From NCBI GenBank assembly GCA_038062675.1, contig JBBTWP010000004.1, positions 6,751 to 70,750 of the forward strand: a DNA stretch of 64,000 bases. Direction: 5' to 3'. A model generated the notes under the pieces. The model was not told the DNA's origin. It did no database searches and saw only the letters and a list, made by a program, of their open reading frames with translations. The DNA comes from Patescibacteria group bacterium (GTDB taxonomy: Bacteria; Patescibacteriota; Minisyncoccia; Phycocordibacterales; UBA1550). A program made the position numbers and the translations under genes. The stretch's first letter is position 1. The number at the start of each line of letters is the position of its first letter. Of the stretch, positions 37,873 through 47,426 are shown in pieces.

Positions 37873-38550
37873 ATGCAACATCAAAAATTTAACACGAAAC
37901 ATCTTCTCCGCTCACGTGGCTCACTCCTGCTCGAACTCCTTCTTTCGATTTCTGTGCTCGCAATCATTCTTTCTTTGAGTGCTCAGACGATGCTTGTGAG
38001 TTTGCAGAGTGAAAAAGTTTCGGGCGAGCGGGATGTGGCTGTTGCGCTTGCCAATGAGACACTGGAGGCAGTGCGTGCGGTTGCGGACGAAAAGTGGGTG
38101 AATATTTATTCGCTTACCGGCAAGGGGTCAACTCATTATAAAACTGTGCAGTCTGGGAATGCATGGACATTGGCAACAGGGGACGAAACAATTGCGCTTA
38201 ACAACGCCTCATATACTCGCTATGTGGTAATTGAGAATGTGAATCGGTGTCTCGATGTCGAAGCGGGTGGGGGGCGTAACCTTGCCAGCACTACCGTCGG
38301 TTGCACTCCCTCTACCAACTACCTCGATGACCCTTCCACCCAAAAAGCGACCGTGACGGTGTCGTGGACAGGAGGCAACCCTATCGTCATTAGTGAGTAT
38401 TTTTTCAGGTGGCGAAACAAAGTGTGCAATCAGACTGGATGGACGGGAAATGGAGGTTCGGGGAACAGTGTGGTTTCCTGCACTGATACAACCTATGATA
38501 TTGCCGACTCTGCAATCTCTACTTCAACGGGGACACTTAGGCTTGAATAG
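37873..38550 (+). CDS. Pseudopilin-like protein with a prepilin-type N-terminal helix
   Basis: RGSLLLELLLSISVLAIIL, followed by a Thr/Ser/Gly-rich beta region. Confidence 0.5.
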   Translation: MQHQKFNTKHLLRSRGSLLLELLLSISVLAIILSLSAQTMLVSLQSEKVSGERDVAVALANETLEAVRAVADEKWVNIYSLTGKGSTHYKTVQSGNAWTLATGDETIALNNASYTRYVVIENVNRCLDVEAGGGRNLASTTVGCTPSTNYLDDPSTQKATVTVSWTGGNPIVISEYFFRWRNKVCNQTGWTGNGGSGNSVVSCTDTTYDIADSAISTSTGTLRLE

Positions 38551-38632
38551 GCTTTGTTTTAGCGAAAGACAACTCGTGGCATTAAAGAGGGGAGATTTAT
38601 TATAGCGAACTACGGAGCGATATAGTATAATT

Positions 38633-41600
38633 ATGTTAATGAATATAAAAAGGCAAATGATTTTGAAAAAAATTTTTGGATACGTCAAAAAATTTTCTAA
38701 ATTTAGTGTCGTTTTTTTGTTAATTGTAACTTTTGGGTTTGCGGATGTTGCAACAGTGGTTTTTGATGGGCTTGGTGCGCCAAAGTTGGCGCAGTGGACA
38801 GCAATCAAGAAAGCAGAAGCAGTGGCGCAGGGAGATGGAGAGATTATATACGGCGATAGTAATGCTAGTCTTGTAAGGAGAAGAGATTGGACAGGAACTT
38901 TCAGCGTGGAGTATGACACCCTTGCTGCTGGAACAGTAATTCGCCATGTTGTCATTAAAGCTTCACCGGTTAGGAATGAAATGATTGCCGGTATACAAAC
39001 CACTGCAGGCACGCTTTACATACAACGCTTTAATGGCACAAGTTGGTCCAATGAGTGGAATGTGACGGTTGGTGATGGAAATCTCCCTCGTTTTGACATC
39101 AGCTTCGAGGGCACTTCTGGAGATATGATGGTGGTGTATACAGGCAACACAGCCACTGACGGACAGGAACTGGTGTATAGAATTTGGAATGGCTCTACTT
39201 GGACTGTTGCGGCCAATTTGGGCTCAACGAGAACGACTGGCATTGTTGACGGTATAGCTATGGAGCGTCGCGGAGGCACTGATGAAATTGCGCTTGTGTA
39301 CGGAGACAGAAACTTCGACCTTTCGGCAAATTTTTGGGATGGTGCAACAAATGCATGGAAGGGGGAGCCGTCGGCAGCATTGGAAACAAGCTTGGCAAAA
39401 GTGGGAACCGCGACGACTCTAACTAACTTTTCTTTTGACCTTGAATTTGAATCCACATCCGGCGAGCTTTTGATTGTGTGGGGTGCTGATGCAGTGTTGG
39501 ACGGCAAGTATGTCACTCGTGGTGCTGGGCCGGCAGGCGCGTGGGGTTCTGTTACCACCAATACGGCTTTTCTTGAAGAGCCGACTGATGTGGAGCTTTC
39601 TGCCGACCCAAACTCAAATTACATTGCGTATGCGAATAGCTCGGATAACGGCGCAGACTCCGATGCCATAGTCTGGACGGGCACTGCGTGGGGGACGGCG
39701 TTTCAAGTTGACGCTTCAAACGACACGGTGGGTGCCGGAACAAGTAACAATGCGGTAAACTGGGTGACGAGTGGTGCCCAGACGCGTGCTGTGCTCACCT
39801 ACGACGATGCCAATGCAGCGGGTGTTGACTGGGCAGTATATAACAAAAATACCAATGCATGGGCTCTCCAAACCGACTGTACTACCGCTTGCTCGTCGCA
39901 ACCACTGAGTGGTGACGATAAGGTTCATCGTTTGCGACGCAATCCGTTTAATCAAGCTGAACTTCTTTTTTTGGGAGTAGATAACACTTCCGATTTATGG
40001 GTGAAAAAATTGGTCTTCGACGGAACTAATTTCACATGGTCAAATGCCGATGGCGGAGTAGCTCTTGAAACTGTGATATCGAGCGTTACCGGTTTTGCGG
40101 CAGATTTTGCATACAATAGGTACATTCCTCCTACGGTTACCACCACCCTTGCGACCGGCTCCGACCCTGCCGCCGCTACTATTGCCCCCGAAGCTGTAAC
40201 GACCGATGTAAATCAGTTTACTCTGCAGACAAGCAGTGGAACGGAAACAGTAACGTCGGTTACAGTGAATCTTTCAACCGGCAGCGGGGTGGATTCGCTT
40301 TATATTACTGATAATACCAATACGGTTTTGGGTTCAATAATCGCGCCGCTGTCGGGGGGCTCTAATGTGGTTGCCGTTTCGGGGATGTCAGCAGGTACAT
40401 CCGCCACAACATTCAAGGTTCGTGTTACTCCCCTGCCTCACAGTTTAATGCCAGCAGTGACGGGTGCAGCATACGCCATCACCGCACCCGTCACTGCATG
40501 GGCGGGGAATGCCACGACACACGCGGGGAGTGATACGAATACCAATGCACTTACAATTGACAATGCATCCCCTTCGGGAGCTACAAGCGCAAGTGGTACA
40601 GCAGGTGACGCAAAGGTAACACTCAACTGGACGACATCGGCGTCCACCGATTTTAGTCGCTCGGTGATGCTCCGGTGGACAGCATCAACGCCGAGTGCAG
40701 CGGTGCCCGAAGAGGGGACGGATTATGCGAATGGGAATACTGTTGGTAGTGGTTCAAAAATTGACTACAATACAGGAGCCAGTCCCATAGGTGTCGCCTT
40801 CGACTCCTCCACCAACTCTGTTTGGGTGGTGAATAGTGGTGGCAATACTGTCACCAAGCTCACCGCTGCCACTGGCGCTTTGGTGGGAACATATACAGTG
40901 GGAAATGCTCCTCGAGATGTCGCCTTCGACTCCTCCACCAACTCTGTTTGGGTGACGAATACTGGTGGTGGTTCCGGCAATACTGTCACCAAGCTCACCG
41001 CCGCCACCGGCGCCTTGGTGGGAACATATACAGTGGGAACTGGTCCTTTTGGTGTCGCGTTCGACTCCTCCACCAACTCTGTTTGGGTGGCGAATAATGG
41101 TAGTGGTTCCGGCAATACTGTCACCAAGCTCACCGCCGCCACCGGCGCCTTGGTGGGAACATATACAGTGGGAACTGGTCCTTTTGGTGTCGCGTTCGAC
41201 TCCTCCACCAACTCTGTTTGGGTGGCGAATAATGGTAGTGGTTCCGGCAATACTGTCACCAAGCTCACCGCCGCCACCGGCGCCTTGGTGGGAACATATA
41301 CAGTGGGAACTGGTCCTTTTGGTGTCGCGTTCGACTCCTCCACCAACTCTGTTTGGGTGGCGAATAATGGTAGTGGTTCCGGCAATACTGTCACCAAGCT
41401 CACCGCCGCCACCGGCGCCTTGGTGGGAACATATACGGTGGGAACTGGTCCTCGAGATATCGCCTTCGACTCCTCCACCAACTCTGTTTGGGTGGTAAAT
41501 AATGGTGGAAATACTGTCACTAAGCTCACCGCCGCCACCGGCGCTTTGGTGGGAACATATACGGTGGGAACCGGTCCCATAGATGTCGCCTTCGACTCCA

Positions 41601-43132
41601 CCACCAACTCTGTTTGGGTGGTGAATAATGGTGACGATACCGTCACCAAGCTCACCGCCGCCACCGGCGCTTTGGTGGGAACATATGCAGTGGGGGTCAG
41701 TCCCATTAGTGTTGCTTTCGACTCCTCCACCAACTCTGTTTGGGTGGTGAATAATGTTGGCGAAACCGTCAGCAAAGTGGATGCAGTGGGCGCCACGGTT
41801 GTCTGTGTCCGCACTGATGCTGCATCGACCGCCATTACCGACATCAACGGTGCCGGTGGCACCAGCTGTCTCACTACCGCCCTTACGAACGGCACCGCCT
41901 ACAGTTACAAAGTTTTCCAAAAAGACGCAAATGGCAACTATGACGCCGGTGTCGTGCCGACGGGTTCGCCGTTTACACCAGCTGCCATCACAACCACGCT
42001 TGCCACTGGTTCCGACCCTGCCGCGGCAACAATCGCCCCCGGAGCCGTCGCAACTGATGTTGATTTATTTACTTTGCAAACAAGCAGTGGAACGGAAACA
42101 GTAACTTCGGTGACGGTGAACCTTTCGACAAATAGTGGTATCGGTTTGCTCGCCATTACCGACAATGCAAACACTGTTTTGGGGTCGACTGCATCGCCGG
42201 TTACGGGTTCTAACGTTATTACGGTCTCAGGTATGTCAGCAGGTACCACGCTCACCACGTTTAAAGTCCGCGCCACACCTCTCAGTCATGCGCTGATGCC
42301 CGCACCTGCAGGCGGTGCGTACGCCATCACTGCGCCAGTGACAAGCTGGGCGGGAGCAAATACGCACGCAGGGAGTGATACAAACTCCAATGCGCTAACG
42401 ATTGACAACGGGTCGCCTGCTGGCACAACAGGCGCTGGCGCGGTAGCTGGGAACGCACAGGTCACGGTGAGCTGGACGAATCCTGCTGATGCTGATTTTC
42501 AAAAGGTAATTATTTATTGTAAGACCGCAAGCATCACTGAAACGCCAACAGAAGGATCTGATCCAACGGTGGACGTCGCCGCCTGCGACGCAACAGCACG
42601 TGTCAAGTATAATGGTTCAATAAGCCCGCAGATTATCACCGGCCTCACTAACGGTACGTTGTATTATTTTAGAATTTATGCGCGTGACACCAACGGTAAC
42701 TTTACCGCTATTGCATCTACACAGCAGGTTTCTGCTACGCCCGCGGCTGGAGGCGGACTCCCCGTTTCAGGGACACTCACCTCTGGGGTTTTTGACACAG
42801 GAACTGCTGATGGGGCGACGTTTAATTCTATTTTATGGAATGGAACCACTATCGGGACAGGAGCAGTACGCTTCCAGTTTTCGGCATCGAATAGTAGTAC
42901 AGGTCCATGGGACTATAACGGAGCAGGTTCAGGGACATGCGGGGCATTGGACTGGTTTAACCCCGGAGCTCTTGATACCGCTGTGGAGCTAAAGGGTTCT
43001 GGATGCGCAGCGCTTTGGAACAACAAACGATACTATCGTTACAAGGTACAGATTTGTTCCGCCGCAAATTGTACTGATGTTGGTGCTACTAGTCCTATTA
43101 TAAATAAAATTGTTGTCAGTTGGTCACCGTAA
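38633..43132 (+). CDS. Giant secreted/surface repeat protein (1499 aa): N-terminal domain, module X, about nine YVTN beta-propeller repeats, module X', C-terminal domain
   Basis: N-terminal signal/TM. 45-aa repeats SSTNSVWVANNGSGSGNTVTKLTAATGALVGTYTVGTGPFGVAFD (YVTN-type). Duplicated FN3-like about 170-aa modules (TLATGSDPAAATIAP...NWTT). Confidence 0.85.
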   Translation: MLMNIKRQMILKKIFGYVKKFSKFSVVFLLIVTFGFADVATVVFDGLGAPKLAQWTAIKKAEAVAQGDGEIIYGDSNASLVRRRDWTGTFSVEYDTLAAGTVIRHVVIKASPVRNEMIAGIQTTAGTLYIQRFNGTSWSNEWNVTVGDGNLPRFDISFEGTSGDMMVVYTGNTATDGQELVYRIWNGSTWTVAANLGSTRTTGIVDGIAMERRGGTDEIALVYGDRNFDLSANFWDGATNAWKGEPSAALETSLAKVGTATTLTNFSFDLEFESTSGELLIVWGADAVLDGKYVTRGAGPAGAWGSVTTNTAFLEEPTDVELSADPNSNYIAYANSSDNGADSDAIVWTGTAWGTAFQVDASNDTVGAGTSNNAVNWVTSGAQTRAVLTYDDANAAGVDWAVYNKNTNAWALQTDCTTACSSQPLSGDDKVHRLRRNPFNQAELLFLGVDNTSDLWVKKLVFDGTNFTWSNADGGVALETVISSVTGFAADFAYNRYIPPTVTTTLATGSDPAAATIAPEAVTTDVNQFTLQTSSGTETVTSVTVNLSTGSGVDSLYITDNTNTVLGSIIAPLSGGSNVVAVSGMSAGTSATTFKVRVTPLPHSLMPAVTGAAYAITAPVTAWAGNATTHAGSDTNTNALTIDNASPSGATSASGTAGDAKVTLNWTTSASTDFSRSVMLRWTASTPSAAVPEEGTDYANGNTVGSGSKIDYNTGASPIGVAFDSSTNSVWVVNSGGNTVTKLTAATGALVGTYTVGNAPRDVAFDSSTNSVWVTNTGGGSGNTVTKLTAATGALVGTYTVGTGPFGVAFDSSTNSVWVANNGSGSGNTVTKLTAATGALVGTYTVGTGPFGVAFDSSTNSVWVANNGSGSGNTVTKLTAATGALVGTYTVGTGPFGVAFDSSTNSVWVANNGSGSGNTVTKLTAATGALVGTYTVGTGPRDIAFDSSTNSVWVVNNGGNTVTKLTAATGALVGTYTVGTGPIDVAFDSTTNSVWVVNNGDDTVTKLTAATGALVGTYAVGVSPISVAFDSSTNSVWVVNNVGETVSKVDAVGATVVCVRTDAASTAITDINGAGGTSCLTTALTNGTAYSYKVFQKDANGNYDAGVVPTGSPFTPAAITTTLATGSDPAAATIAPGAVATDVDLFTLQTSSGTETVTSVTVNLSTNSGIGLLAITDNANTVLGSTASPVTGSNVITVSGMSAGTTLTTFKVRATPLSHALMPAPAGGAYAITAPVTSWAGANTHAGSDTNSNALTIDNGSPAGTTGAGAVAGNAQVTVSWTNPADADFQKVIIYCKTASITETPTEGSDPTVDVAACDATARVKYNGSISPQIITGLTNGTLYYFRIYARDTNGNFTAIASTQQVSATPAAGGGLPVSGTLTSGVFDTGTADGATFNSILWNGTTIGTGAVRFQFSASNSSTGPWDYNGAGSGTCGALDWFNPGALDTAVELKGSGCAALWNNKRYYRYKVQICSAANCTDVGATSPIINKIVVSWSP
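40780..41760 (+). repeat. Intragenic tandem array of 135-bp units. Three-plus copies are perfectly identical at 40970-41455 and the flanking copies are diverged.
   Basis: GGTTCCGGCAATACTG recurs at 40970, 41105, 41240 and 41375 with an exact 135-nt period. Confidence 0.9.
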
Positions 43133-43167
43133 CAGTTTTAGATATGATAAGCTATAAAAACTAGGCG

Positions 43168-43671
43168 ATGAAAAAAATACTCAATAATTATGCATATATA
43201 GATAGTCAAAACCTGAATCTTGGTATTCAGAAACTTGAATGGAAATTAGATTATCGGAAATTTAGGATATATCTTGCTGAAAAATACAGCGTTAAGAAGG
43301 CATATATGTTTATCGGTTTTGTTGCATTAAATCAATCGCTGTATGACAATCTCCAAGAAGCGGGATTTATTTTGAGATTCAAACCGACAGTTCCGGATGC
43401 TGACGGTAAAATTAAAGGCAACATAGATGCAGACATGGTTTTGCTTGCAACGCTTGAATTAAATGCTTATGACAAAGCGGTTATTGTTTCCAGTGATGGC
43501 GATTTTTATTCGCTCGTGCAGTATTTGCACGAGAATGGTAAATTAAGAGTTGTATTGAGCCCAGACATTAAAAATTGTTCAACGTTGCTTAAGCAGACAG
43601 CAAGAGAAAAGATATGGTTTATGAATGAATTGAGAAATAAACTTGAGTATAAAAAGAAAAGCACCGCTTAA
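43168..43671 (+). CDS. NYN (LabA-like, PIN-fold) nuclease-domain protein, paralogue of the 37247 gene
   Basis: YAYIDSQNL, GNIDADMVLLAT and VIVSSDGDF. About 55% identical to the first copy by eye. Confidence 0.65.
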   Translation: MKKILNNYAYIDSQNLNLGIQKLEWKLDYRKFRIYLAEKYSVKKAYMFIGFVALNQSLYDNLQEAGFILRFKPTVPDADGKIKGNIDADMVLLATLELNAYDKAVIVSSDGDFYSLVQYLHENGKLRVVLSPDIKNCSTLLKQTAREKIWFMNELRNKLEYKKKSTA

Positions 43672-43762
43672 GGATGAAACCTTAAACAGTACTTTCCCTA
43701 GAAATACATTTTAATTATATCAAATGGCTAAATTATGTCAAGCATCAAACAAGCACCGTAAT

Positions 43763-44287
43763 ATGAACATATTTTCTTACAAAAAAATACATACCGCACG
43801 TGGAGTCACGCTCCTTGAGCTTCTTATTTATGTGGCGGTGTTCTCGGGGATTGCGGTTGTGGTTGCTGATACCTTTCTCTCGATAGCAAAAGCACGCGGG
43901 CAGTCGGAGGCGCGCGCAGAGGTGAATTCCGCGATACGGTTTGCGACGGAGCTTGTTCGACAAGACTTAAAGGCGGCGACAGCGCTCGCCACACCCGCGT
44001 TGGGGACACCATCCGCGACTTTGGTTGCGACTGTAGCTGGGGCGACCGTCACCTATGACGTAGTTTCGGGACAGCTTCGTAGAAATGCTGTGGCGGTAAC
44101 CGGAAGTTTGATTTTTGTTGATACTCCTTCGTTTACACGGCTCGAGAACTATAACTCGGTGGTGGGGGTGACAGGGTTTGGTGCGACCACTACGGCAGTT
44201 TCGGTCTTGATGACCTTTCGATATAATGCTTCAAGCACCGACTGGACATACGCGGATACACTTCGCACGACCGTGACTTTGCGGTAG
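43763..44287 (+). CDS. Pseudopilin with a prepilin-type N-terminus
   Basis: ARG|VTLLELLIYVAVFSGIAVV class III-like signal with Glu at +5. Confidence 0.6.
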   Translation: MNIFSYKKIHTARGVTLLELLIYVAVFSGIAVVVADTFLSIAKARGQSEARAEVNSAIRFATELVRQDLKAATALATPALGTPSATLVATVAGATVTYDVVSGQLRRNAVAVTGSLIFVDTPSFTRLENYNSVVGVTGFGATTTAVSVLMTFRYNASSTDWTYADTLRTTVTLR

Positions 44288-44290
44288 ACT

Positions 44291-44773
44291 ATGGTTATGA
44301 TGAGATTTAATATAAAAAAAAGAAAATCGCAGGGCGGGGCAACACTTCCCACTGTTTTGGTCTTGACGATTTTAACGCTCACGGTTGCAGTGGGAATCAC
44401 CACTATTTCATTCACCGAATCTTTTATTTCAGAAAGTGGGGTGCAGTCATCCACCGCGCTCTTTTATGCCGAGGCAGGGACGCGGGATGCATTGACGAAA
44501 ATTGCACGCAACAAGGGGTATACCTGCGCTTCTGCCGATTATTGTTACAGTATTGAACTTGTTTCCGGTGGGTGTACAGGGTCTGTATTAGGATGCGCAC
44601 GGGTTTCGGTAAGTGCCGGAGCGGGGACTACTGCTGCGCCCAAAGTCGTTACCTCAAAGGGGATTGTAAAAACAAGCACACGAACACTTAGTGTAGATGT
44701 AATTCTCGATAGTGGGGCAGGGACAAATATTGGTCAGATTACTTCCGCCACAACGACGGAGTTGACCAACTAG
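44291..44773 (+). CDS. PilX-like minor pilin / pilus-associated protein
   Basis: N-terminal hydrophobic helix GGATLPTVLVLTILTLTVAVGI. Small Cys-containing globular domain. Position at the operon end. Confidence 0.4.
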   Translation: MVMMRFNIKKRKSQGGATLPTVLVLTILTLTVAVGITTISFTESFISESGVQSSTALFYAEAGTRDALTKIARNKGYTCASADYCYSIELVSGGCTGSVLGCARVSVSAGAGTTAAPKVVTSKGIVKTSTRTLSVDVILDSGAGTNIGQITSATTTELTN

Positions 44774-44783
44774 CCCGATGTGT

Positions 44784-44865
44784 AATCGAATGGCAAGGAC
44801 GGTCCTCGCCATTCGATTACCGAGGACGGTCCTCGGTAATAGGCGAGAGATGCCTTATGGTACGG
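44784..44865. terminator. Convergent terminator region with two hairpins
   Basis: AATCGAATGGC...GCCATTCGATT (11 bp) and ACCGAGGA-CGGT-CCTCGGT, followed by a T-run. Confidence 0.5.
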
Positions 44866-47412
44866 CTAGTTTTTTTGGGGTGAGTTGGCTGCTTCGATGC
44901 GATAATAGAGCAATTTTGCTATTTCTGTGGTGACAAAATAGGTGGCGACAATGCCCAGCACTAACGCAAGAGACTGCGGGGAAGGGGCAACAAAACCAAA
45001 TACAGATTGACCGAATGAGGTAAAAGGAATGATGATGGTTGCAGCAAACGCGACGACTGAGAGGGTGATGAGGGGTTTTGACGGTGCGCGCGCCTTGAGG
45101 AAAAATACACGAGAGCGTATTGAGTAGAGGAAAAGAATTTCAGTGAGGATGCTGACCATGAACCAATGAGTTTGAAGCATTTGTGCACTGATGTGATAGA
45201 ACGATGCGAATGTGATGAAGTCAAAGACCGTTGATACAATGCCGAGAACGGTTCCAAACGCAAGAATTTTCTTGATGTTGTATTCTTGCGGTTTTTGAAT
45301 GTCACTGTCTTCAACGGTATCGGTGGCGATTGCAATAGCGGGGAAGTCGGATAGGAGATTTACCAGCAGAATTTGAAGGGGAAGCATGGGGAGAAATGGA
45401 ATAAAGAGCGAAGAGATTGCCACCGCGTAAAAATTGCCGAAATTCGATGAAAGGGAACTGCGAATATATTTGATAGTGTTGGCGAATGTTACGCGGCCTT
45501 CGCGGATGCCTTCTATGATCACGAGGAGATTTTTTTTGAGAAGGACGATATCAGCAGCTTCTCGTGCAATGTCGGATGCAGACTGCACTGCAATGGCAAC
45601 GTTGGCGATTTTGAGCGCTGGAGCATCGTTAATTCCTTCACCCAAAAATCCGACATGGTATTTTTTCTGTAATAGTTCAATAATTTTATATTTGTCCTCC
45701 GGTGAAACGCGCGCAAAAGTACTCAATCGTTCGAGGGCTTCACTGCGCGCTTCATCATGAAGAGCAAAGAAATCGCGTGCAGTCAAAACATCTTGCGGAG
45801 TCTGTGCAAGACCAACGGCGTATGCGACCTGCCCTGCAACTTCAGGACTGTCTCCGGTAAGAATTTTGATCTTCACTCCCAATTTCACGGCTTCCTTGAT
45901 GGCTTCGCGTGCGCTTTCTTTTATGGGGTCAATGAAAGAAATAGAACCAATGAAGGTTAGAGATGTTTCGTCACTTACCGCGTCGTATTCATTGGAAGCG
46001 AGGGCTTTTGAAGCGACAGCAAGGGTTCGTCTGCCTGCAGCGCCTTCTTGTGCAGTCCATGCGAGAACGCTTGCGCGCTCTTCTGGTGTCATGTTTGACG
46101 CGTTTACGATTGCCTCTGGTGCTCCGCGTACCATGAGGGTGGTTTCGCCACTCTGTTTCAAGAGAACGCTGTTTTGCTTGCGTACGGGGTCAAAGGGGAT
46201 GTCACGCAATCGTTCGTATGATTTAATTTGATTTTGGTCGTCGGAAGAAAGTGCCTGCCAGAGCGCTTCATCGAATGGGTCAATGCCTTGGTTGCGATCC
46301 TTCATCAAGAGATATGAGCTCGCGAGATTGCCTGCGGTGAGTATTTGTCGGGAGCTTTGTTTTGACTCCGGACTATGGGTGAGATGTACGGTGAGCTTGT
46401 TTTCGGTCAGCGTGCCCGTCTTGTCGGTACAGAGAACATCAATTCCTCCAATATCTTCAATAGAAGAAAGACGCTTTACGATAACATGTTTTTTTGCTAA
46501 ACGTCGCGCACCGCGAGAGAGCGAAAACGTCATAACGACAGGGAGAGCTTCAGGAACCACTGATACTGCGAGTGCGATTGAAAAAATGGCAAGAGAGGCA
46601 ATGTTTGCGTCCCATCCTTTGAGTGCGATGTTGGTCGCGAAAATGAAAATGAGCGTTCCGACGACAATATAAAGAATAAATTTACTAAACCGTGCGAGCT
46701 CACTTTCGAATTTGCTTGCGTGGCTTGTTGTGCCGGTTAGGCGTGCGATGTTGCCAATGATGGTCTGGGATCCTGTGGCAAATACAATACCCACTGCACT
46801 TCCAGAAAGGACTGTTGTTCCCGAGAAAGCAATATTATTTGCAGTGTGAAGCTCCGAGGAGGGTTTTTCCATGGGCTTACTGCTCTTCATTACTGAGACG
46901 GATTCTCCTGTGAGCGGCTCCTCGTTGATGAGGAGGTTTATGTCCTCAATGATGCGCATGTCGGCGGCAATACTGTCGCCAGCTTCGGCGATGACAATAT
47001 CTCCGGGAACGAGCTCTTTCGTCGTGATGGTATACACAGAACCATCACGACGAACTTTGGTGCGCGCCGTGATGTAATGCCTGAGGAGTTCTACTGTTTT
47101 TTCGGAACGATATTCTTGGTAAAAGCCCAGAGTAGCGTTGATGAAGAGGAATAATACGATTGCCCATCCCTCAATCATTTGACCCAACATGAATGAAAGT
47201 CCTGCCGCTGCAAAAAGCAGGTAGATGAAAGAAGATTTGAATTGTCGGAGGAAAATTTTCCATGGGCGAACCGCGCTTTTTTCAATACGGTTCAATCCGT
47301 GTATTTTCCTAAGCTCTTCGACTTGTGTAATCGAGAGCCCTTGTGCTGGATCCACGGAAAATATTTTTGCTGTGGCGTCAGTGTCACGTGTTGTGTACTC
47401 GGTAAATCCCAT
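44866..47412 (-). CDS. Cation-transporting P-type ATPase (P2/P3-like, Ca2+/Mg2+ type)
   Basis: TGES, CTDKTGTLTENK, PEAL (a PEGL variant) and GDGINDAPALK. Ten TM helices. Confidence 0.85.
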   Translation of the reverse strand: MGFTEYTTRDTDATAKIFSVDPAQGLSITQVEELRKIHGLNRIEKSAVRPWKIFLRQFKSSFIYLLFAAAGLSFMLGQMIEGWAIVLFLFINATLGFYQEYRSEKTVELLRHYITARTKVRRDGSVYTITTKELVPGDIVIAEAGDSIAADMRIIEDINLLINEEPLTGESVSVMKSSKPMEKPSSELHTANNIAFSGTTVLSGSAVGIVFATGSQTIIGNIARLTGTTSHASKFESELARFSKFILYIVVGTLIFIFATNIALKGWDANIASLAIFSIALAVSVVPEALPVVMTFSLSRGARRLAKKHVIVKRLSSIEDIGGIDVLCTDKTGTLTENKLTVHLTHSPESKQSSRQILTAGNLASSYLLMKDRNQGIDPFDEALWQALSSDDQNQIKSYERLRDIPFDPVRKQNSVLLKQSGETTLMVRGAPEAIVNASNMTPEERASVLAWTAQEGAAGRRTLAVASKALASNEYDAVSDETSLTFIGSISFIDPIKESAREAIKEAVKLGVKIKILTGDSPEVAGQVAYAVGLAQTPQDVLTARDFFALHDEARSEALERLSTFARVSPEDKYKIIELLQKKYHVGFLGEGINDAPALKIANVAIAVQSASDIAREAADIVLLKKNLLVIIEGIREGRVTFANTIKYIRSSLSSNFGNFYAVAISSLFIPFLPMLPLQILLVNLLSDFPAIAIATDTVEDSDIQKPQEYNIKKILAFGTVLGIVSTVFDFITFASFYHISAQMLQTHWFMVSILTEILFLYSIRSRVFFLKARAPSKPLITLSVVAFAATIIIPFTSFGQSVFGFVAPSPQSLALVLGIVATYFVTTEIAKLLYYRIEAANSPQKN

Positions 47413-47426
47413 AATGTGTTTTGTGA

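Noticed and set aside
40754-41920. Two long minus-strand ORFs (388 and 376 aa) rich in GGG/VGG repeats
   Set aside because: They lie antisense to the giant YVTN-repeat gene, exactly over its 135-bp tandem array. The repeat periodicity removes stop codons on the opposite strand. No start context, and they are fully overlapped by a well-supported gene.
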